From NCBI GenBank assembly GCA_964057225.1, contig OZ059897.1, positions 1,364,001 through 1,428,000 of the forward strand: a stretch of 64,000 bases of DNA, in the 5' to 3' direction. The stretch comes from Auanema rhodensis (taxonomy: Eukaryota; Animalia; Nematoda). This document shows positions 52,201 through 64,000 of the stretch, piece by piece (the first letter of the stretch is position 1; every line of letters starts with the position of its first letter). The translations under genes and the position numbers were made by a program. Below the pieces are notes generated by a model. It made no database searches. It was not told the origin of the DNA and was given only the letters and a program-made list of their open reading frames with translations.

Positions 52201-55200
52201 CATGGAAACTCAACATACACTAATGCATCATTTTTCAAACAATCATAAATAATTTTTGTATTGAGCGTTTATACATGTAGTATAGTGCATTCGATGCGGA
52301 TTTTTAAGCTGCGTCGATCTGTGTTATCAGATTTGAGTTAGCTTAAAAATGCACCGAGATATCAACTGATATAAGTTCACACTTATATCCTCGATTTTCA
52401 CCCTGAAGAATTAATTTTTTCGTTGAATAACATTGTCCATCGTCTTCGCCTTGAAAAAAGGAATTTAAAAACATCTAGTTTTTGTAAAATTATCTTGAAA
52501 TTTTTCGGGAAAATTTTTGTCAAAATGTTTTTGGAAGCAATGTTGAGTGTACATGGAAACTCAACATACACTAATGCATCATTTTTCAAACAATCATAAA
52601 TAATTTTTGTATTGAGCATTTCTCAATGTAGTATAGTGCATTCGAAACGGATTTTTAAGCTGCGTCGATCTGTGTTATCAGATTTGAGTTAGCTTAAAAA
52701 TGCACCGAGATATCAACTGATATAAGTTCACACTTATATCCTCGATTTTCACCCTGAAGAATTAATTTTTTCGTTGAAAAACATTGTCCATGGTCTTCGC
52801 CTTAAAAAAAGGAAATTAGAAACATTTACTTTCTGTAAAATTATCTTGAAATTTTTCGGGATAATTTTTGTCAAAATGTTTTTGGAAGCAATGTTGAGTG
52901 TACATGGAAACTCAACATACACTAATGCATCATTTTTCAAACAATCATAAATAATTTTTGTATTGAGCGTTTCTCAATGTGGTATAGTGCATTCGGAACA
53001 AATGTTTAAGCTGCGTCGATCTGTGTTATCAGATTTGCGCTAGCTTAAAAATGCACCGAGATATCAACTGATATAAGTTCACACTTATATCCTCGATTTT
53101 CACCCTGAAGAATTAATTTTTTCGTTGAATAAAATTGTCCATCGTCTTCGCCTTGAGAAAAGGAATCTAAGAACATCTAGTTTTTGTAAAATTATCTTGA
53201 AAGTTTCCGGGAAAATTTTTGTCAAAATGTTTTTGGAAGCAATGTTGAGTGTACATGGAAACTCAACATACACTAATGCATCATTTTTCAAACAATCATA
53301 AATAATTTTTGTATTGAGCGTTTCTCAATGTGGTATAGTGCATTCGGAACAAATGTTTAAGCTGCGTCGATCTGTGTTATCAGATTTGCGCTAGCTTAAA
53401 AATGCACCGAGATATCAACTGATATAAGTTCACACTTATATCCTCGATTTTCACCCTGAAGAATTAATTTTTTCGTTAAATAACATTGTCCATCGTCTTC
53501 GCCTTGAAAAAAGGAATCTAAAAACATCTAGTTTTCGTAAAATTATCTTGAAATTTTTCAGGAAAATTTTTGTCAAAATGTTTTTGGAAGCAATGTTGAG
53601 TGTACATGGAAACTCAACATACACTAATGCATCATTTTCCAAACGATCATAACTAATTTTTGTATTGAGCGTTTCTTAATGTTGTATAGTGCATTCGATG
53701 CGGATTTTTAAGCTGCGTCGATCTGTCTTATCCGATTTGCGCTTGCTTAAAAATGCACCGAGATATCAACTGATATAAGTTCACACTTATATCCTCGATT
53801 TTCACTCTGAAGAATTAATTTTTTCGTTGAATAACATTGTCCATCGTCTTCGCCTTAAAAAAAAGAATCTAAAAACATCTACTTTTTGTAAAATTATCTT
53901 GAAATTTTTTGGGGAAATTTTTGTCAAAATGTTTTTGGAAGCAATGTTGAGTGTACATGGAAACTCAACATACACTAATGCATCATTTTTCAAACAATCA
54001 TAAATAATTTTTGTATTGAGCGTTTTTCAATGTAGTATAATGCATTCGATGCGGATTTTTAAGCTGCGTCGATCTGTGTTATCAGATTTGAGTTAGCTTA
54101 AAAATGCACCGAGATATCAACTGATATAAGTTCACACTTATATCCTCGATTTTCACCCTGAAGAATTAATTTTTTCGTTGAAAAACATTGTCCATGGTCT
54201 TCGCCTTAAAAAAAGGAAATTAGAAACATTTACTTTCTGTAAAATTATCTTGAAATTTTTCGGGATAATTTTTGTCAAAATGTTTTTGGAAGCAATGTTG
54301 AGGGTACATGGAAACTCAACATACACTAATGCATCATTTTTCAAACAATCATAAATAATTTTTGTATTGAGCGTTTCTCAATGTTATATAGTGCATTCGA
54401 TGCGGATTTTTAAGCTGCGTCGATCTGTGTTATCAGATTTGAGTTAGCTTAAAAATGCACCGAGATATCAACTGATATAAGTTCACACTTATATCCTCGA
54501 TTTTCACCCTGAAGAATTAATTTTTTCGTTGAATAAAATTGTCCATCGTCTTCGCCTTGAGAAAAGGAATCTAAGAACATCTAGTTTTTGTGAAATTATC
54601 TTGAAATTTTTCGGGAAAATTTTTGTCAAAATGTTTTTGGAAGCAATGTTGAGTGTACATGGAAACTCAACATACACTAATGCATCATTTTTCAAACAAT
54701 CATAAATAATTTTTGTATTGAGCGTTTCTCAATGTGGTATAGTGCATTCGGAACAAATGTTTAAGCTGCGTCGATCTGTGTTATCAGATTTGCGCTAGCT
54801 TAAAAATGCACCGAGATATCAATTGAAATAAGTTCACACTTATATCCTCGATTTTCACCCTGAAGAATTAATTTTTTCGTTGAATAACATGGTCCATCGT
54901 CTTCGCCTTAAAAAAAAGAATCTAAAAACATCTAGTTTTTGTAAAATTATCTTGAAATTTTTCGGGAAAATTTTTGTCAAAATGTTTTTGGAAGCAATGT
55001 TGAGTGTACATGGAAACTCAACATACACTAATGCATCATTTTTCAAACAATCATAAATAATTTTTGTATTGAGCGTTTATACATGTAGTATAGTGCATTC
55101 GATGCGGATTTTTAAGCTGCGTCGATCTGTGTTATCAGATTTGAGTTAGCTTAAAAATGCACCGAGATATCAACTGATATAAGTTCACACTTATATCCTC

Positions 55201-55900
55201 GATTTTCACCCTGAAGAATTAATTTTTTCGTTGAATAACATTGTCCATCGTCTTCGCCTTGAAAAAAGGAATTTAAAAACATCTAGTTTTTGTAAAATTA
55301 TCTTGAAATTTTTCGGGAAAATTTTTGTCAAAATGTTTTTGGAAGCAATGTTGAGTGTACATGGAAACTCAACATACACTAATGCATCATTTTTCAAACA
55401 ATCATAAATAATTTTTGTATTGAGCATTTCTCAATGTAGTATAGTGCATTCGAAACGGATTTTTAAGCTGCGTCGATCTGTGTTATCAGATTTGAGTTAG
55501 CTTAAAAATGCACCGAGATATCAACTGATATAAGTTCACACTTATATCCTCGATTTTCACCCTGAAGAATTAATTTTTTCGTTGAAAAACATTGTCCATG
55601 GTCTTCGCCTTAAAAAAAAGAAATTAGAAACATTTACTTTCTGTAAAATTATCTTGAAATTTTTCGGGATAATTTTTGTCAAAATGTTTTTGGAAGCAAT
55701 GTTGAGTGTACATGGAAACTCAACATACACTAATGCATCATTTTTCAAACAATCATAAATAATTTTTGTATTGAGCGTTTCTCAATGTGGTATAGTGCAT
55801 TCGGAACAAATGTTTAAGCTGCGTCGATCTGTGTTATCAGATTTGCGCTAGCTTAAAAATGCACCGAGATATCAACTGATATAAGTTCACACTTATATCC
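49239..55900 (-). repeat. Duplicated 8-monomer unit, with a nested 3-monomer duplication in the first copy
   Basis: ORF-track markers PETFK 49239/53100, MEND 49590/53451 and SSE 49941/53802 at offset 3861; MLNT 52398/55206 at offset 2808; 50292-51185 repeated at 51345-52238 (offset 1053). Confidence 0.85.
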
Positions 55901-57311
55901 TCGATTTTCACCCTGAAGAATTAATTTTTTCGTTAAATAACATTGTCCATCGTCTTCGCCTTGAAAAAAGAAATCTAAAAACATCTACTTTTCGTAAAAT
56001 TATCTTGAAATTTTTCAGGAAAATTTTTGTCAAAATGTTTTTGGAAGCAATGTTGAGTGTACATGGAAACTCAACATACACTAATGCATCATTTTTCAAA
56101 CGATCATAACTAATTTTTGTATTGAGCGTTTCTTAATGTTGTATAGTGCATTCGATGCGGATTTTTAAGCTGCGTCGATCTGTCTTATCCGATTTGCGCT
56201 AGCTTAAAAATGCACCGAGATATCAACTGATATAAGTTCACACTTATATCCTCGATTTTCACTCTGAAGAATTAATTTTTTCGTTGAATAACATTGTCCA
56301 TCGTCTTCGCCTTAAAAAAAAGAATCTAAAAACATCTACTTTTTGTAAAATTATCTTGAAATTTTTTGGGGAAATTTTTGTCAAAATGTTTTTGGAAGCA
56401 ATGTTGAGTGTACATGGAAACTCAACATACACTAATGCATCATTTTTCAAACGATCATAACTAATTTTTGTATTGAGCGTTTCTTAATGTTGTATAGTGC
56501 ATTCGATGCGGATTTTTAAGCTGCGTCGATCTGTCTTATCCGATTTGCGCTAGCTTAAAAATGCACCGAGATATCAACTGATATAAGTTCACACTTATAT
56601 CCTCGATTTTCACTCTGAAGAATTAATTTTTTCGTTGAATAACATTGTCCATCGTCTTCGCCTTAAAAAAAAGAATCTAAAAACATCTACTTTTTGTAAA
56701 ATTATCTTGAAATTTTTTGGGGAAATTTTTGTCAAAATGTTTTTGGAAGCAATGTTGAGTGTACATGGAAACTCAACATACACTAATGCATCATTTTTCA
56801 AACAATCATAAATAATTTTTGTATTGAGCGTTTTTTAATGTAGTATAATGCATTCGATGCGGATTTTTAAGCTGCGTCGATCTGTGTTATCAGATTTGAG
56901 TTAGCTTAAAAATGCACCGAGATATCAACTGATATAAGTTCACACTTATATCCTCGATTTTCACCCTGAAGAATTATTTTTTTCGTTGAATAAAATTGTC
57001 CATCGTCTTCGCCTTAAAAAAAAGAATCTAAAAACATCTACTTTTTGTAAAATTATCTTGAAATTTTTTGGGGAAATTTTTGTCAAAATGTTTTTGGAAG
57101 CAATGTTGAGTGTACATGGAAACTCAACATACACTAATGCATCATTTTTCAAACGATCATAACTAATTTTTGTATTGAGCGTTTCTTAATGTTGTATAGT
57201 GCATTCGATGCGGATTTTTAAGCTGCGTCGATCTGTCTTATCCGATTTGTGCTAGCTTAAAAATGCACCGAGATATCAACTGATATAAGTTCACACTTAT
57301 ATCCTCGATTT

Positions 57312-60300
57312 TCACCCTGAAGAATTAATTTTTTCGTTAAATAACATTGTCCATCGTCTTCGCCTTAAGAAAAGGAATCTAAAAACATATACTTTTTGTG
57401 AAATTATCTTGAAATTTTTTGGGGAAATTTTTGTCAAAATGTTTTTGGAAGCAATGTTGAGTGTACATGGAAACTCAACATACACTAATGCATCATTTTT
57501 CAAACGATCATAACTAATTTTTGTATTGAGCGTTTCTTAATGTTGTGTAGTGCATTCGATGCGGATTTTTAAGCTGCGTCGATCTGTGTTATCAGATTTG
57601 CGCTAGCTTAAAAATGCACCGAGATATCAACTGATATAAGTTCACACTTATATCCTCGATTTTCACCCTGAAGAATTAATTTTTTCGTTGAATAACATTG
57701 TCCATCGTCTTCGCCTTAAAAAAAAGAATCTAAAAACATCTACTTTTTGTAAAATTATCTTGAAATTTTTTGGGGAAATTTTTGTCAAAATGTTTTTGGA
57801 AGCAATGTTGAGTGTACATGGAAACTCAACATACACTAATGCATCATTTTTCAAACAATCATAAATAATTTTTGTATTGAGCGTTTATCAATGTAGTATA
57901 GTGCATTCGATGCGGATTTTTAAGCTGCGTCGATCTGTGTTATCAGATTTGAGTTAGCTTAAAAATGCACCGAGATATCAACTGATATAAGTTCACACTT
58001 ATATCCTCGATTTTCACCCTGAAGAATTAATTTTTTCGTTGAAAAACATTGTCCATGGTCTTCGCCTTAAAAAAAGGAAATTAGAAACATTTACTTTCTG
58101 TAAAATTATCTTGAAATTTTTCGGGATAATTTTTGTCAAAATGTTTTTGGAAGCAATGTTGAGTGTACATGGAAACTCAACATACACTAATGCATCATTT
58201 TTCAAACAATCATAAATAATTTTTGTATTGAGCGTTTTTCAATGTAGTATAATGCATTCGATGCGGATTTTTAAGCTGCGTCGATCTGTGTTATCAGATT
58301 TGAGTTAGCTTAAAAATGCACCGAGATATCAACTGATATAAGTTCACACTTATATCCTCGATTTTCACCCTGAAGAATTAATTTTTTCGTTGAAAAACAT
58401 TGTCCATGGTCTTCGCCTTAAAAAAAGGAAATTAGAAACATTTACTTTCTGTAAAATTATCTTGAAATTTTTCGGGATAATTTTTGTCAAAATGTTTTTG
58501 GAAGCAATGTTGAGTGTACATGGAAACTCAACATACACTAATGCATCATTTTTCAAACAATCATAAATAATTTTTGTATTGAGCGTTTCTCAATGTGGTA
58601 TAGTGCATTCGGAACAAATGTTTAAGCTGCGTCGATCTGTGTTATCAGATTTGCGCCAGCTTAAAAATGCACCCAGATATAAACTGATATAAATTCACAC
58701 TTATATCCTCGATTTTCACCCTGAAGAATTAATTTTTTCGTTGAATAACATTGTCCATCGTCTTCGCCTTGAGAAAAGGAATCTAAAAACATATACTTTT
58801 CGTGAAATTATCTTGAAATTTTTCGGGAAAATTTTTGTCTAAATGTTTTTGGAAGCAATGTTGAGTGTACATGGAAACTCAACATACACTAATGCATCAT
58901 TTTTCAAACAATCATAAATAATTTTTGTATTGAGCGTTTCTCAATATGGTATAGTGCATTCGATGCGGATTTTTAAGCTGCGTCGATCTGTGTTATCAGA
59001 TTTGCGCTAGCTTAAAAATGCACCGAGATATCAACTGATATAAGTTCACACTTATATCCTCGATTTTCACCCTGAAGAATTAATTTTTTCGTTAAATAAC
59101 ATTGTCCATCGTCTTCGCCTTAAGAAAAGGAATCTAAAAACATATACTTTTTGTGAAATTATCTTGAAATTTTTTGGGGAAATTTTTGTCAAAATGTTTT
59201 TGGAAGCAATGTTGAGTGTACATGGAAACTCAACATACACTAATGCATCATTTTTCAAACGATCATAACTAATTTTTGTATTGAGCGTTTCTTAATGTTG
59301 TGTAGTGCATTCGATGCGGATTTTTAAGCTGCGTCGATCTGTGTTATCAGATTTGCGCTAGCTTAAAAATGCACCGAGATATCAACTGATATAAGTTCAC
59401 ACTTATATCCTCGATTTTCACCCTGAAGAATTAATTTTTTCGTTGAATAACATTGTCCATCGTCTTCGCCTTAAAAAAAAGAATCTAAAAACATCTACTT
59501 TTTGTAAAATTATCTTGAAATTTTTTGGGGAAATTTTTGTCAAAATGTTTTTGGAAGCAATGTTGAGTGTACATGGAAACTCAACATACACTAATGCATC
59601 ATTTTTCAAACAATCATAAATAATTTTTGTATTGAGCGTTTATCAATGTAGTATAGTGCATTCGATGCGGATTTTTAAGCTGCGTCGATCTGTGTTATCA
59701 GATTTGAGTTAGCTTAAAAATGCACCGAGATATCAACTGATATAAGTTCACACTTATATCCTCGATTTTCACCCTGAAGAATTAATTTTTTCGTTGCAAA
59801 ACATTGTCCATGGTCTTCGCCTTAAAAAAAGGAAATTAGAAACATTTACTTTCTGTAAAATTATCTTGAAATTTTTCGGGATAATTTTTGTCAAAATGTT
59901 TTTGGAAGCAATGTTGAGTGTACATGGAAACTCAACATACACTAATGCATCATTTTTCAAACAATCATAAATAATTTTTGTATTGAGCGTTTTTCAATGT
60001 AGTATAATGCATTCGATGCGGATTTTTAAGCTGCGTCGATCTGTGTTATCAGATTTGAGTTAGCTTAAAAATGCACCGAGATATCAACTGATATAAGTTC
60101 ACACTTATATCCTCGATTTTCACCCTGAAGAATTAATTTTTTCGTTGAAAAACATTGTCCATGGTCTTCGCCTTAAAAAAAGGAAATTAGAAACATTTAC
60201 TTTCTGTAAAATTATCTTGAAATTTTTCGGGATAATTTTTGTCAAAATGTTTTTGGAAGCAATGTTGAGTGTACATGGAAACTCAACATACACTAATGCA

Positions 60301-60400
60301 TCATTTTTCAAACAATCATAAATAATTTTTGTATTGAGCGTTTCTCAATGTGGTATAGTGCATTCGGAACAAATGTTTAAGCTGCGTCGATCTGTGTTAT
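57312..60400 (-). repeat. 5-monomer-period duplication
   Basis: 57312/59067, 57663/59418, 58014/59769 and 58365/60120 are matching monomer types at offset 1755, sharing CGTTAAATAAC and TGTTGTGTAG variants. Confidence 0.8.
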
Positions 60401-63400
60401 CAGATTTGCGCTAGCTTAAAAATGCACCGAGATATCAATTGAAATAAGTTCACACTTATATCCTCGATTTTCACCCTGAAGAATTAATTTTTTCGTTGAA
60501 TAACATTGTCCATCGTCTTCGCCTTAAAAAAAAGAATCTAAAAACATCTAGTTTTTGTAAAATTATCTTGAAATTTTTCGGGAAAATTTTTGTAAAAATG
60601 TTTTTGGAAGCAATGTTGAGTGTACATGGAAACTCAACATACACTAATGCATCATTTTTCAAACGATCATAACTAATTTTTGTATTGAGCGTTTCTTAAT
60701 GTTGTATAGTGCATTCGATGCGGATTTTCAAGCTGCGTCGATCTGTGTTATCAGATTTGCGCTAGCTTAAAAATGCACCGAGATATCAATTGAAATAAGT
60801 TCACACTTATATCCTCGATTTTCACCCTGAAGAATTAATTTTTTCGTTGAATAACATTGTCCATCGTCTTCGCCTTAAGAAAAGGAATCTAAAAACATAT
60901 ACTTTTCGTGAAATTATCTTGAAATTTTTTGGGGAAATTTTTGTCAAAATGTTTTTGGAAGCAATGTTGAGTGTACATGGAAACTCAACATACACTAATG
61001 CATCATTTTTCAAACGATCATAACTAATTTTTGTATTGAGCGTTTCTTAATGTTGTATAGTGCATTCGATGCGGATTTTTAAGCTGCGTCGATCTGTCTT
61101 ATCCGATTTGCGCTAGCTTAAAAATGCACCGAGATATCAACTGATATAAGTTCACACTTATATCCTCGATTTTCACCCTGAAGAATTAATTTTTTCGTTG
61201 AATAACATTGTCCATCGTCTTCGCCTTAAGAAAAGGAATCTAAAAACATATACTTTTCGTGAAATTATCTTGAAATTTTTTGGGGAAATTTTTGTCAAAA
61301 TGTTTTTGGAAGCAATGTTGAGTGTACATGGAAACTCAACATACACTAATGCATCATTTTTCAAACAATCATAAATAATTTTTGTATTGAGCGTTTTTCA
61401 ATGTAGTATAGTGCATTCGATGCGGATTTTTAAGCTGCGTCGATCTGTGTTATCAGATTTGAGTTAGCTTAAAAATGCACCGAGATATCAACTGATATAA
61501 GTTCACACTTATATCCTCGATTTTCACCCTGAAGAATTAATTTTTTCGTTGAAAAACATTGTCCATGGTCTTCGCCTTAAAAAAAGGAAATTAGAAACAT
61601 TTACTATCTGTAAAATTATCTTGAAATTTTTCGGGATAATTTTTGTCAAAATGTTTTTGGAAGCAATGTTGAGTGTACATGGAAACTCAACATACACTAA
61701 TGCATCATTTTTCAAACAATCATAAATAATTTTTGTATTGAGCGTTTTTCAATGTAGTATAATGCATTCGATGCGGATTTTTAAGCTGCGTCGATCTGTG
61801 TTATCAGATTTGAGTTAGCTTAAAAATGCACCGAGATATCAACTGATATAAGTTCACACTTATATCCTCGATTTTCACCCTGAAGAATTAATTTTTTCGT
61901 TGAAAAACATTGTCCATGGTCTTCGCCTTCAAAAAAGGAAATTAGAAACATTTACTTTCTGTAAAATTATCTTGAAATTTTTCGGGATAATTTTTGTCAA
62001 AATGTTTTTGGAAGCAATGTTGAGTGTACATGGAAACTCAACATACACTAATGCATCATTTTTCAAACGATCATAACTAATTTTTGTATTGAGCGTTTCT
62101 TAATGTAGTATAGTGCATTCGATGCGGATTTTTAAGCTGCGTCGATCTGTGTTATCAGATTTGAGTTAGCTTAAAAATGCACCGAGATATCAACTGATAT
62201 AAGTTCACACTTATATCCTCGATTTTCACCCTGAAGAATTAATTTTTTCGTTGAAAAACATTGTCCATGGTCTTCGCCTTAGAAAAAGGAAATTAGAAAC
62301 ATTTACTTTCTGTAAAATTATCTTGAAATTTTTCGGGATAATTTTTGTCAAAATGTTTTTGGAAGCAATGTTGAGTGTACATGGAAACTCAACATACACT
62401 AATGCATCATTTTTCAAACGATCATAACTAATTTTTGTATTGAGCGTTTTTTAATGTAGTATAGTGCATTCGATGCGGATTTTTAAGCTGCGTCGATCTG
62501 TGTTATCAGATTTGCGCTAGCTTAAAAATGCACCGAGATATCAACTGATATAAGTTCACACTTATATCCTCGATTTTCACCCTGAAGAATTAATTTTTTC
62601 GTTAAATAACATTGTCCATCGTCTTCGCCTTGAAAACAGAAATCTAAAAACATCTACTTTTTGTAAAATTATCTTGAAATTTTTTGGGGAAATTTTTGTC
62701 AAAATGTTTTTGGAAGCAATGTTGAGTGTACATGGAAACTCAACATACACTAATGCATCATTTTTCAAACAATCATAAATAATTTTTGTATTGAGCGTTT
62801 ATCAATGTAGTATAGTGCATTCGATGCGGATTTTTAAGCTGCGTCGATCTGTGTTATCAGATTTGAGTTAGCTTAAAAATGCACCGAGATATCAACTGAT
62901 ATAAGTTCACACTTATATCCTCGATTTTCACCCTGAAGAATTAATTTTTTCGTTGAAAAACATTGTCCATGGTCTTCGCCTTAAAAAAAGGAAATTAGAA
63001 ACATTTACTTTCTGTAAAATTATCTTGAAATTTTTCGGGATAATTTTTGTCAAAATGTTTTTGGAAGCAATGTTGAGTGTACATGGAAACTCAACATACA
63101 CTAATGCATCATTTTTCAAACAATCATAAATAATTTTTGTATTGAGCGTTTTTCAATGTAGTATAGTGCATTCGATGCGGATTTTTAAGCTGCGTCGATC
63201 TGTGTTATCAGATTTGAGTTAGCTTAAAAATGCACCGAGATATCAACTGATATAAGTTCACACTTATATCCTCGATTTTCACCCTGAAGAATTAATTTTT
63301 TCGTTGAAAAACATTGTCCATGGTCTTCGCCTTAAAAAAAGGAAATTAGAAACATTTACTTTCTGTAAAATTATCTTGAAATTTTTCGGGATAATTTTTG

Positions 63401-64000
63401 TCAAAATGTTTTTGGAAGCAATGTTGAGTGTACATGGAAACTCAACATACACTAATGCATCATTTTTCAAACAATCATAAATAATTTTTGTATTGAGCGT
63501 TTTTCAATGTAGTATAATGCATTCGATGCGGATTTTTAAGCTGCGTCGATCTGTGTTATCAGATTTGAGTTAGCTTAAAAATGCACCGAGATATCAACTG
63601 ATATAAGTTCACACTTATATCCTCGATTTTCACCCTGAAGAATTAATTTTTTCGTTGAAAAACATTGTCCATGGTCTTCGCCTTCAAAAAAGGAAATTAG
63701 AAACATTTACTTTCTGTAAAATTATCTTGAAATTTTTCGGGATAATTTTTGTCAAAATGTTTTTGGAAGCAATGTTGAGTGTACATGGAAACTCAACATA
63801 CACTAATGCATCATTTTTCAAACAATCATAACTAATTTTTGTATTGAGCGTTTCTTAATGTAGTATAGTGCATTCGATGCGGATTTTTAAGCTGCGTCGA
63901 TCTGTGTTATCAGATTTGAGTTAGCTTAAAAATGCACCGAGATATCAACTGATATAAGTTCACACTTATATCCTCGATTTTCACCCTGAAGAATTAATTT

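Larger units (their letters stand above)
38235..64000 (-). repeat. Satellite array, inverted arm: ~73 copies of the same 351-bp monomer in reverse-complement orientation (continues beyond the right edge)
   Basis: Sequence reads as the reverse complement (GATATAAGTTCACACTTATATCCTCGATTTTCACCCTGAAG). All periodic ORFs move to the minus strand from 38359 on. Period is 351, with a single 1-bp deletion near 47600. Confidence 0.99.

Noticed and set aside
161-63470. Tandem family of 63-aa ORFs (MKKDALVYVEFPC...)
   Set aside because: They start at TTG, have K/F/I/L-rich composition dictated by A/T tracts, and show no recognisable domain. Many variants change amino acids, and stops or frameshifts occur and are duplicated (e.g. 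3671, 5777/7531, 13146, 61875/63630). Useful only as haplotype markers.
1-64000. CRISPR-like or other repeat-spacer array
   Set aside because: Palindromic motifs recur, but the DNA between them is the same in every unit; there are no unique spacers and no cas or other genes.
1-64000. Assignment to a named satellite family, species or functional centromere
   Set aside because: I do not recognise the sequence; this needs a database search and CENP-A data.

Overview
The whole 64-kb window is one eukaryotic-type satellite DNA: about 182 tandem copies of an AT-rich 351-bp monomer (hand count of copy 1: ~32% GC). No genes, RNA genes, transposons or CRISPR arrays are supportable; the repeated 63-aa ORFs are a by-product of the repeat. 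About 109 copies run forward (1-38236), then the array switches strand at 38235-38236 with a 2-bp microhomology and no insertion, and about 73 copies run in reverse to the window end. This makes a macro-inverted repeat with a ~206-bp unpaired spacer. The two arms are not mirror images: each has its own monomer subfamilies and its own local 2- to 14-monomer block duplications. The monomer is densely packed with short dyad symmetries, including an imperfect ~67-bp stem-loop. Its length is nearly invariant and CpG is not depleted. The best interpretation is a (peri)centromeric or heterochromatic satellite with an established orientation switch. Species and function cannot be determined from this window.
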